Below are positions 13,601-24,080 of a stretch of DNA of 64,000 nucleotides, piece after piece. This stretch comes from Macrostomum lignano (taxonomy: Eukaryota), in NCBI GenBank assembly GCA_002269645.1, contig NIVC01000944.1:254588-318587 (forward strand), in the 5' to 3' direction. Each line of letters opens with the position of its first letter. Positions within the stretch are counted from its first letter, which is position 1. Made by a program: the position numbers and the translations under genes. The notes beneath the pieces were generated by a model. It saw only the letters and a program-made list of their open reading frames with translations. It searched no databases and was not told where the DNA came from.

Positions 13601-13909
13601 CTGGTGGAGGTGAACACCCCGGTGGAGTTCCAGACGGTGGTGATGGCGGCGCTGGTCCGGCGCACCGGCCTCATCACCCACTCTGACCTCATGGAGGACA
13701 CCTGTGTGATCGAGTGCGAGGTGCCGCTCAACCACATGTTCGGCTTCATCGGTGAGCTGCGCAGCCTCACGCAGGGCAAGGGCGAGTTCGTGATGGAGTA
13801 CAGCCGCTACTGCCCCGTGCCCTCCGACCTGCAGCTGCAGCTCGTGTCCGAGTACCGCAACCTGGAGTCCCAGGCGGCTGGCAGCAAGAAGGCCAGCGCC
13901 AAGAAGTAG
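7648..13909 (+). CDS. GFM1: Mitochondrial elongation factor G1, 746 aa; exons 7648-7746, 7867-8142, 9590-9895, 10418-10843, 11302-11742, 12645-12932, 13505-13909
   Basis: [16 protein letters not shown] (G1), [21 protein letters not shown] (G3), NKLD (G4), [32 protein letters not shown]. All six introns GT-AG, phase 0. Basic presequence-like N-terminus. Intron 1 boundaries least certain. Confidence 0.95.
8417..9440. repeat. 50-bp minisatellite, ~20 copies (GFM1 intron 2)
   Basis: Unit TATTCGGTCACA[A/G]TGTAGGGTCATTACTCTAGTAAGGCTATGGCCATC[A/G]G, nearly identical copies, no spacers. Confidence 0.95.
9924..10410. repeat. 39-bp minisatellite, ~12 copies (GFM1 intron 3)
   Basis: Unit CTGGAACCATCGGCACTCCTTCCTTTGCACCCAGGCACT. 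Confidence 0.95.
10829..11210 (+). repeat. 43-bp tandem array duplicating the GFM1 exon-4 end and donor, 9 copies
   Basis: Unit TTCCGGGTGTACCAG|GTGAGCCTTGGGTGGCTGAGCATGAGAC; CAG|GT at 43-nt spacing from 10841 to 11185. Confidence 0.93.
11790..12595. repeat. ~18-bp minisatellite (GGACAGACAGGCACT/CAC variants; GFM1 intron 5)
   Basis: Visible tandem variant units. Confidence 0.9.
12950..13462. repeat. 20-bp minisatellite (TGTGTCACTCTAGTGCACCT; GFM1 intron 6)
   Basis: Visible tandem units. Confidence 0.9.
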
Positions 13910-13949
13910 CCCCGGGTCGCGTGACGCTCCTTACTCTGGGGTGACTGTT

Positions 13950-14582
13950 GCGAATCCTATTGGGGGAATCCAGATCCCTATTGGGGGAATCCAGATCCCT
14001 ATTGGGGGAATCCAGATCCATATTTGTGGAATCCAGATATATTGGGGGAATCCAGATATATTGGGGGAATCCAGATCCATATTGGGGAAATCCAGGTATT
14101 TTGGGGGAATCCAGATCCATATTGGGGGAATCCAGATATATTGGGGGAATCCAGATATATTGGGGGAATCCAGATCCATATTTATGGAATCCAGATCCAT
14201 ATTTGTGGAATCCAGATCCATATTGGGGGAATCCAGATCCCTATTGGTAGAATCCAGATCCATATTGGGGGAATCCAGATATATTGGGGGAATCCAGATC
14301 CCTATGGGGGAATCCAGATCCCTATTGATGGAATCCAGATCCCTATTGGGGGAATCCAGATCCATATTGGGGGAATACAGATCCCTATTGGGGGAATCCA
14401 GATCCATATTGGGGGAATACAGATCCCTATTGGGGAAATCCAGATCCCTATTGGGGGAATCCAGATCCCTATTGATGGAATCCAGATCCCTATTGGGGGA
14501 ATCCAGATCCATATTGGGGGAATACAGATGCCTATTGGGGGAATCCAGATCCATATCCAGATCCATATTGGGGGAATCCAGA
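13950..14582. repeat. ~20-21-bp minisatellite (GGGGAATCCAGATCCCTATTG) just downstream of the GFM1 stop
   Basis: Visible tandem units. Confidence 0.9.
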
Positions 14583-15121
14583 TCACATGGTTTAATTGGA
14601 GGCCGGTTTACTTTAAAGTACAATTGATATATTGCAGCAATCGTTAGAGCGATTTTATCTTACCATGCAAAATGAATTGCTAATTTGTGTTCTCCGTGTC
14701 TGTGCAGCCGCATTTCACCTGTGCATTGAGCTGGAATCCACCACCACCTCACGGATGCGTGGGGTGTTGCGAAAACCTTTAGCCACTGTATTGCGCTCAT
14801 GATCCTTGTGCTTGCTGAGAACTGCTTGCAGATCCAACTCTGACTGAACACCTGCTTGAGCAGTTAGTTAATTGTACTAAAAATAGAATAAATTTTGTTA
14901 TCAGTTTTCTGTTAGCTTTTATTAAGAGTTGGCCATAGTTTTTTATGCATTTGAAAATGCAACGTCAAAGTGTTTTGCCGTCTGGTTTTTTATTTTATGA
15001 GTCTGTCTTTAGGCTTTTTTAAGTTGGTTAAACTTATGCGAACTGGGGCAGATCGGCTTTATTATCATATACCATGCAAGCACCTTTGGCGTCCTGAAAT
15101 ACCCCTCAGTGACCCCAATGC

Positions 15122-16685
15122 CCAAATCCCATAGATTAGGAATCGAATCCCATAGATTAGGAATCGAATCCCATAGATTAGAAATCAAATCCAAAAGATT
15201 AGGAATCGAATCCCATAGATTAAGGATCGAATCTCATAGATTAGGAATCGAATCCCATAGATTAGAAATCAAATCCCATTGATTAGAAATCAAATCCCAT
15301 TGATTAGGAATCGAATCTCATAGATTAGGAATCGAATCCCATAGATTAGAAATCAAATCCCATAGATTAGAGATCAAATCCAATAGTAAGGAATCGAATC
15401 TCATAGATTAGGAATCGAATCCCATAGATTAGAAATCAAATCCCATAGCGTAGGGCTCAAATTCCATAGATTAGAAATCAAATCCCATAGATTAGGAATC
15501 GAATCCCATAGATTAGGATCGAATCCCATAGATTAGGAATCGAATCCCATAGATTAGGAATCGAATCCCATAGATTAGGAATCGAATCCCATAGATTAGG
15601 AATCGAATCTCATAGATTAGGAATCGAATCCCATAGATTAGGAATCGAATCCCATAGATTAGAAATCAAATCCCATAGATTAGAAATCGAACCCCATAGA
15701 TTAGGAATCGAATCCCATAGATTAGAAATCAAATCCCATAGATTAGAAATCGAATCCCATAGATTAGAAATCAAATCCCATAGATTAGGAATCGAATCCC
15801 ATAGATTAAGGATCGAATCCCATAGATTAGAAATCAAATCCCATAGATTAGAAATCAAATCCCATAGATTAGGAATCGAATCCCATAGATTAAGGATCGA
15901 ATCCCATAGATTAGGGATCGAATCCCATAGATTAGGGATCGAATCCCATAGATTGGAATTCAAATCCAAAAGATTAGGAATCAAATCCAAAAGATTAGGG
16001 ATCGAATCCTGTAGATTAAGGATCGAATCTCATAGATTAGGAATCGAATCCCATAGATTAGAAATCAAATCCCATTGATTAGGAATCGAATCCTGTAGAT
16101 TAAGGATCGAATCTCATAGATTAGGAATCGAATCCCATAGATTAGAAATCAAATCCCATAGATTAGGAATCGAATCCCATAGATTAAGGATCGAATCTCA
16201 TAGATTAGGAATCGAATCCCATAGATTAGAAATCAAATCCCATAGATTAGGAATCGAATCCCATAGATTAGAAATCAAATCCCATCGATTAGGAATCGAA
16301 TCCCATAGATTAGAAATCAAATCCAAAAGATTAGGAATCAAATCCCATTGATTAGAAATCGAATCCCATAGATTAGGGATCGAATCCCATAGATTAGGAA
16401 TCGAATCCCATAGATTAGAAATCAAATCCCATAGATTAGGAATCGAATCCCATAGATTAGAAATCAAATCCAAAAGATTAGGAATCAAATCCCATTGATT
16501 AGAAATCGAATCCCATAGATTAGGGATCGAATCCCATAGATTAGGAATCGAATCCCATAGATTAGAAATCAAATCCCATAGATTAGGAATCGAATCCCAT
16601 AGATTAAGGATCGAATCTCATAGATTTGGAATCGAATCCCATAGATTAAGGATCGAATCCCATAGATTAGGGCTCAAATCCCCAT
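15122..16685. repeat. 21-bp minisatellite (TCCCATAGATTAGGAATCGAA), ~1.55 kb
   Basis: Visible tandem units with recurring variants (e.g. AGAAATCAAA). Confidence 0.95.
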
Positions 16686-16736
16686 AAGTTAGGAATAATT
16701 TAACCGATAGCAATCCACCGCCCCATTCGTTCGCAG

Positions 16737-18363
16737 GCCGCAGTGGTGCTGGTGCCCGGGCTGATGGGCTGGGGCCCCGAGGAGATGGAGACGCCGCACG
16801 GTCAGGTGCCGTACTGGGACACCGGTGTGGCCGAGGACACGGACAGCTGCGGCCTGCCGCTGCTGCAGGCGTCTGTCGGGCCGGTCAGCTCGCAGCACGA
16901 CCGCGCCTGCGAGCTCTTCGCCCAGATGCTCGGCCTGCGCACCGACTTTGGCGCCGAACACTCGGCCGAGTTCGGACATGACCGCTGGGGCTCAGATTTC
17001 AGCGGCCGGCCGGGGCTCTGGCCGGACTGGGGCCCGGACAGCCCATGCCATTTCGTTGGACACTCGGCCGGAGGGAATACGATAAGGTTAGTCCGGGGCC
17101 CGAATCCTCTACCTTTGTGATTGGCGCCTATAGAGTGGGGATCGAATCCCGTAGCTTTGGGATCAACGCCTATACAGTGGGGATCGAATCCCGTAGCTTT
17201 GGGATTAGCGCCTATACAGTGGGGATCGAATCCCGTAGCTTTGGGATTAGCGCCTATAGAGTGGGGATCGAATCCCGTAGCTTTGGGATCAACGCCTATA
17301 CAGTGGGGATCGAATCCCGTAGCTTTGGGATTAGCGCCTATAGAGTGGGGATCGAATCCCGTAGCTTTGGGATTAACGCCTATAGAGTGGGGATCGAACC
17401 CTGTAGCTTTGGGATTAGCGCCTATAGAGTGGGGATCGAATCCTATAGCTTTGTGATTAACGCCTATAGAGTGGGGATCGAACCCTGTAGCTTTGGGATT
17501 AACGCCTATAGATTGGGGATCGAATCATGTAGCTTTGGGATTAGCGCCTATAGAGTGGGGATCGAATCCCGTAGCTTTGGGATTAGCGCCTATAGAGTGG
17601 GGATCGAATCCCGTAGCTTTGGGATTAGCGCCTATAGAGTGGGGATCGAATCCCGTAGCTTTGTGATTAACGCCTATAGAGTGGGGATCGAACCCTGTAG
17701 CTTTGGGATTAACGCCTATAGATTGGGGATCGAATCATGTAGCTTTGGGATTAGCGCCTATAGAGTGGGGATCGAATCCCGTAGCTTTGGGATTAGCGCC
17801 TATAGAGTGGGGATCGAATCCCGTAGCTTTGGGATTAGCGCCTATAGAGTGGGGATCGAATCCCGTAGCTTTGGGATTAACGTCTAAAGAGTGGGGATCG
17901 AATCCCGTAGATTGAAGATTGAATCCCACAGATTAATGATCGTGGACCATGGATTGAGGATAAATTGCCATGTGGGGATAAATTTCCAGAGGCTAGAGAT
18001 CTATATAAGAAATTGTAGCACTTCTGACAATCGCGATGCCCCCCAAACCCCGGCAGGCTGCTGCAGCACCTCTTGGCCACGGACTTCTGGGGCAGGGGCA
18101 CCAGTGCGGCCTGGGTAAAGTCCGTCACCTGCATCGCCAGCCCGCTGAACGGGTCTACGGCCACCTACCTGTACGGCTCCAGCCGGGACACCGGGCTGTT
18201 CCAGTGGCCCAGCCTGGTGCCGCTGGTCAGCTGCGTGGAGCTCATCGAGACTCTGCAGGGAGTGCCGAGCGAGCGGCGGGGCCGCCTGCGACACTGGCGG
18301 CTGGAGCACTGGGGCGTTGAGAATGAGGATTTCAGGTGGGCTGAGCTGACTGACTTACTGACT

Positions 18364-18395
<32 letters not shown>

Positions 18396-18471
18396 GACTG
18401 ACTGACTGACTGACTGACTGACTGACTGACTGACTGACTGACTGACTGACTGACTGACTGACTGACTGATT

Positions 18472-18503
<32 letters not shown>

Positions 18504-19365
18504 GACTGACTGACTGACTGACTGACTGACTGACTGACTGACTGACTGACTGACTGACTGACTGACTGACTGACTGACTGACTGACTGACTGACTGACTG
18601 ACTGACTGACTGACTGACTGACTGACTGACTGACTGACACTCCCATCCCGCAGGTCCTACTCCCGCCTGAATGCCAAGCTGCGCGGCCCCAGCCGGGTCT
18701 TCCTGACCGGCAAGGACAACCTGTCCTACGACATCAGCCTGGAGGGCGCCCTGGAGCTCAACGGCAGGATCGGCGCCGACCAGCCCGACTGCCACTACCT
18801 CAGCGTCCTCACCTGCTGCACCTCCTCTGCGCTTGGTGGCTTCGTACGGCCCTCTGGCCACTGCGGCGCCTTCCTCCTGCTGCCCTGCGCCTTCATGTGC
18901 GCCGAGCGCGTCGACCACCGCCTGCCCGGCGCCGACGTCGCCGACTGGCGCCACAACGACGGCCTCGTGCCGCTGGGCAGCCAGCGCATGCCGTTTTTTG
19001 GCGCCAAGCGGCCGGCGCCGATTCAGCTGGACGGCGACGATGGTGCCGGCGGCGACACGCCGGACAGCAGCAGCAGCAGCTGGCGCCTCAGCGAGGCCGG
19101 CCGCTGGCACTGCGTGTGGGCCAACCGCCTGGCCGGCGACTCCGGCACCGACTGGGACCACAACGACCCCGTGTTCGGCCGCTCCCTCATCTGGGAGCCG
19201 CCGCGCCAGCGCTGGAGTTTCACCGCCGCTCTGCTAGACGGCGCCGCTGCCGCCGCGCGCTGGCTGGGGCTGCGCCGGGAGGGCGGCAGCTTCGCCAAGG
19301 TGGCGCGGGACAAACAGAAGACTTTCTATGAGAGACTGTACCGGCTGCTGGCCGAGATCCCCTGA
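16737..19365 (+). CDS. Alpha/beta-hydrolase lipase of the Staphylococcus/Geobacillus (family I.5/I.6) and plant lipase-like type; exons 16737-17086, 18057-18335, 18654-19365; 5' exon(s) not found
   Basis: VVLVPGLMGWG, VGPVSSQHDRACELF, TDFGAEHSAEFGHDR, nucleophile GHSAGG, SVTCIASPLNGST, DNLSYDISLEGALELN, NDGLVP (Asp), WDHND (His). Two phase-2 GT-AG introns restore the frame. Confidence 0.85.
17110..17912. repeat. 42-bp minisatellite, ~19 copies (lipase intron)
   Basis: Unit TATAGAGTGGGGATCGAATCCCGTAGCTTTGGGATTAGCGCC. Confidence 0.95.
18345..18638. repeat. (ACTG)n microsatellite making up almost a whole lipase intron
   Basis: Near-perfect tetranucleotide run within intron 18336-18653. Confidence 0.97.
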
Positions 19366-19377
19366 CTGTACCGGCTG

Positions 19378-19860
19378 CTGGCCGAGATCCCCTGACTAGG
19401 ATCTCATTCTGTATCTGTGGGATCTCATTCTGTGTCTGTGGGATCTCATTCTGTATCTGTGTGATCTCATTCTGTATCTGTGGGATCTCATTCTGTGTCT
19501 GTGGGACCTCATTCTGTATCTGTGTGATCTCATTCTGTATCTGTGGGATCTCATTCTGTGTCTGTGGGACCTCATTCTGTATCTGTGGGATCTCATTCTG
19601 TGTCTGTGGGATCTCATTCTGTATCTGTGTGATCTCATTCTGTATCTGTGGGATCTCATTTTGTGTCTGTGGGACCTCATTCTGTATCTGTGTGATCTCA
19701 TTCTGTATCTGTGTGATCTCATTCTGTATCTGTGGGATCTCAGTCTATCTGTGGGATCTCATTCTGTATCTCTGGGATCTCAGTCTATCTGTGGGATCTC
19801 AGTCTATCTGTGGGATCTCATCAAATCTGTGAGATCTCATCAAATCTGTGGGATCTCATC
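19378..19860. repeat. 21-bp minisatellite (GGGATCTCATTCTGTATCTGT) after the lipase stop
   Basis: Visible tandem units, preceded by an exact 30-bp duplication of the last codons (CTGTACCGGCTGCTGGCCGAGATCCCCTGA x2). Confidence 0.92.
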
Positions 19861-20949
19861 ATTCGCATGGGGATCCAAACGTGTTTTTATTCAGCAATTC
19901 TCAGCCAGCCTGTCACTGCCCGGGTCAGTGGCTCATTGATTTATGAGTTTGCAATTCCCTCTGACGAATCAAACTGATTGCCCTTGACAGATTGATAAGC
20001 ATAAGTATTGTGTTTTTATTTCAAGCGAGTGCATTTCCACTGCAATTTTCAATCCCCTGCAAGGGAAACCTTTCTGTTCTATTCAAATTATTTTTATATT
20101 GAATAACTTTTCTGATTAATTTGTCCTCTAATCTAGATTTTGTTTTGAGATACCGCACGGAAGTCGTTAGCACTGAGCTGTGATTTTTGAGCCCGAGCTC
20201 GGGAGTTTTAATTACATCGAATATAAATACTTTTATTCAGTTTTCTGTTCGAGTGCAGAAGTACCGATTTGTGGCTGCGATGTTCATAAACCTGAGTTGT
20301 TTTTGACGGCTTTAATATTCACTCTTATATTTCTTTTCTGATCGCAGGGGTCGCTTATCCAGCCGCTATATGTACATGTGAATGATAGGCTTCTTACTAA
20401 TCTTTTAATCTTTTAATAATTAAAAGATTATGTGAATAGTAATTATTAAAATATTTTTTAGACTAATTGGCGCAAGGGGCTAGCCCCTCAATTTCCCTTA
20501 ATGTATTGCTGTGACTTTTTATGCAAATAAAGTAGAGTTGAAAACGCTTAATTGAAGTTTGTAATTAACGAGAGAGGCCTGAGGCTAGAGAGCCCGTGCG
20601 CGAGCCTAAATAACTGATTTGCCGATTTATTGATTTCATAGATAAGAGATGTGCGGGGTTGAATGTACATTTATAAGAAGAAAGATAAGCGATGGACGAC
20701 AGGGGGTGGCGTGCATGGGTGGCCGAGGTGCTGATCAATTAAGAATGGATGGTAGGCAGAGAGGGGAGCAAGTGCAGGCGCACTCATACTCAAATAACAA
20801 TTTAGCGACATGTATTTTTTATGCCTCTCAGGGGGAAATTCTATTATTTCAATCCTATTTCGAGTTATCCTGGTCATAACTTTACACAAATGATCATTTA
20901 AAAGTGCCTCCTTGAATGCCCCTAGCCCTTAGGGGTCCCCTAGATTGCC

Positions 20950-23370
20950 ACTAAGCCATTTTCTACTGGGAGACGATCGAGGATCAACGCCAACTTCGAC
21001 CAGCTCAAGGAGCTGCTGATGAAGTAATTCCAGCTTGATCCCGCCCCAGTACCAGGAAGCTGGTAAAAGCCAACATCCTGGAGCTGACCGTCTCCTGACT
21101 GCTGGGCCTGCCTGCACAACCGCGGCGCCGGCAGAGGCCGCCGACGGCCGCTGGTTCGGTGCGCTTCGGACGCCTCGAAGACTTCGGCGATTCAGGCCGA
21201 GGACTCGAACAGCTGGCAAAGTAAAAAACTGGGATCATCACTTTCAGAGACCAAGTTTTCTGCAAGCCGCGTCCTCTCTGTTTCCTACTCCTATCCGCGT
21301 CTAATTGCACTCAAACCCCAAGAATAATGCCTTAAATATACTGACTTGGGCCCGGCGCCGCCCTACCTGCCTGACTCCTGAGAATTTAGTCTCGTCTGTT
21401 TCAACATTACAAGCTAATTAAATACTCGTACTTCGAGTATAAGTTCACTCAATTCTCTGTACCAGCAAAGTACACAGCAGCCAAGTCGGAGTTTGACAAA
21501 CTGCAAATGGGCGTCGTTCGACCGTCCTGCAGTCCGTGGGCTTCGCCGCTTCCCATGGTCAAGATAGCTGACGGACCCTGGAGACTGCAGCGAATACCGC
21601 GCCCTGAACAGCGCTGAAATTACCGACAGGTATCCACTCCCGCATAGCCAACATTTTCACCACCAACTCCATGGTAGCCAAATCCTCAGCAAACTTGATT
21701 TAGTCAAAGCTTACCACTCGCAAAAAACCACAATCTGTACATCGTTTGTTTCTTTCAAGTATGTCAGGATGCCGTTTGGTTCGCACCCCTCCGGTTGATA
21801 CCTTCCAACGCTTCATCGACTCTCGGAGTCGGAGAGCGACCACAACCGGGACGTTCGGGTTGTCCTACAACGCTTTCATAAAGAGGGCCTTCGAGTTCAG
21901 CCGACCAAATGCCAATTCTTCCAAAGCAGCATCGAGTTCCTCGGTCACCCTGATCTCAGCAGTTGAAATCCAGCCACTTCCGTCCCGTGCGGCAGCGCTG
22001 CGCCAAATTTCGCCGCCCAAGAGATTTCAAAAGCCTGCAGCGAGTGCTTGGTATGTTTGGGTTCGACCAATTTCATGTCCTGAACTACGCCAGAATCGTG
22101 CATCCCCTTCAGTCGCTATCTGAAGCAGACTAAAACTGACAGCCCAAGCATAATACCGCTCTCCGAGAACTGCAAGACGGGAAGCAGGCAGCGACGACTC
22201 TAGTAGGTTTGTTCATTCACAATCACAACGGAAGCGAGCTCTTTCGCCATAGGCGCCAGTCTACATCAGGTCGCGGACGGCGATTCAACACACATCGCAT
22301 TCTAACTCGCGAAATCTCACCTGCACGGAGATGTCCTATAGCGTGTTGTACTTTCTGCTTCCGTCCGTGCGGACCGCAGACGGGGTGATCAGGGGTTCGG
22401 GTACTGGACTGCCCAGACCTTGCCGGGTGGGATAGGCGAGAGAGTGGCGACCCCCGAGGCGTACGGACACTTCGAGGCGGAGGTGGAGAGGCTGGGAGCG
22501 TACAGACACTCGGCCAGCCCCACGGAGAGAGAGATGCAGATGAGGAGGCTGTGAGCAGGTAGCCACTCAGCAGCAAAAGCAGATGTGAGCACGGGTCTGG
22601 AGGTGTACAGACACTTCGCAGACCCGAAGGAAGACGGTGGCGAGAGAGGTGAATAATGGAGACGGGACAAATTAACGAAAGCGAATGCTGTCTTACCGTG
22701 CGGGTCACTTGTCGCGCTCATGCAGGCGTGGCCTCTAATATCTCAGCCTAATATCTAATATCTAATATTGAATGTATTTCAATTTCAAACTTCACTTTCA
22801 CTCAAACACGCGTAGAGCTAGAGTTGTAGAGAGAGAGCAGGGAGGGCGAGGGCCGTGCGCGCACATAAATACTGGGTGAGCACTGAGCAGGGGACTGGAG
22901 GCTTAGCCACGCAGGGCTGGGGGTGGGGGCAAAACTCAGAGTTGAAGGGCGAGAGGGAAGGCTAGCCAATCAGGTGCCTCCGCGGCGAGACACATGATTG
23001 GACTAGCCCACGCGAGAGAGAGATGAAAATACGCCAGCCAATGAAAATGTGGGCTGATCAAAATGAGAACAAAAATGAATAGCAGCTTTAGACGGAGGGG
23101 GCAAGCCAGAAAAAACCAGTGGCAGGGAGAGGAGGGGCGGAGAGCGCAGGGGTCGGGGCAAGGGCATTGCGAGGCGCAGCTCACAACAAGCGCATTCGAC
23201 TGCGAGCTTCTCGGCGTGTTCGCCGCGGTCAAGACGTGGCGATACCTACGAGCGTAATTCAATGACATTCAACAACCGTTTTCTGCGACCACAAGCCACT
23301 AATCGGAGCTTTTTACAGCAACAAAGAGCGCCTCTCTGATCGGCAGAATCGACAACTCGCCACGAGCATA
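20950..23370 (+). mobile_element. Decayed Ty3/Gypsy LTR retrotransposon internal region (RT and RNase H remnants, possible gag remnant)
   Basis: Broken frames give GVVRPSCSPWASPL.MVK, DRYPLPH, SKLDLVKAYH, YVRMPFG, FQRFID, KCQFFQSSIEFLGH, and RNase H SAFDCELLGVFAAVK and DHKPL; many stops and indels. Confidence 0.85.
22332..23185. mobile_element. ~850-bp insertion splitting the Gypsy RNase H; possible solo LTR
   Basis: RNase H sequence stops at about 22330 and resumes at about 23186; the insert starts TGT and ends ACA. No TSD recognised. Confidence 0.45.
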
Positions 23371-24080
23371 ATCCAGGTAAAAAACGATAAAGGCCTTAAA
23401 TTTTTTTTATCTTTACATTAACGGCGGTCACGCAGCTGTCTCACATTACGAGCTGCACGCTGGGCAACTTCTTTCATAGAATGAAAAAAAATTAAAAGTT
23501 TTTCTTCGTATTATAACAAACTTCTTAAAAAGGTCTTTTTTCTCAGTTTTTACAACTCAATATAGCAATTGACGCAAAACGCATTCTGCCTTTTTGACTG
23601 TTTATAGTGATGGGACCGGAATTATAAAGACAGATCTACAGGTCTTCAACTTGTCGTACATGTAACTCTTTCTAATCTGTGCTGTACTCTCCGTGACGCT
23701 CTCAATACTACTCCAAAGGAGCTAGTAGTTAGAGTTAGGGTATGTGGTTAGTAAGGAGAGAATGAAGTGCCGGCGAGTTGGGCAAGGTTAGGGCGAGAAG
23801 AATTCCTTCCCCACATCTCTATCTTACCAAATGGCAAGCACTGCATGCCATAGACAATTTAGATCTGCGCTGTACACTTCGAATTTCAAAACAGTTGCTT
23901 TATTATGGACAGGCAAGAAAACACTTTCTCAACAGGAGAAGTGACATCTTTGACTGGAGAATAGTCTATGGCCAACCTAGAAAAAAGGCAAGAGGGAGGG
24001 AATACAGGCATGAAAAGTTAACTGCAAGAATTTTTACTGGTGCCTCCTTAGCTCACCACCCCAACTTACCAAATCTTACA

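Noticed and set aside
13909-16737. GFM1-lipase operon resolved by trans-splicing
   Set aside because: Same strand and an acceptor-led first lipase exon are compatible with it, but the lipase needs additional 5' coding sequence and nothing in the DNA demonstrates SL addition.
13931-19939. Repeat ORFs such as (DLDSPN)n, (WDSIPNL)n, (GIESRSF)n, (SQSV)n, (MRSHRYR)n
   Set aside because: Stop-free by virtue of short repeat units; no coding context.
23778-24080. N-terminal extension of the piggyBac ORF
   Set aside because: It starts at TTG with no transposase similarity; ATG 24081 gives a typical length.
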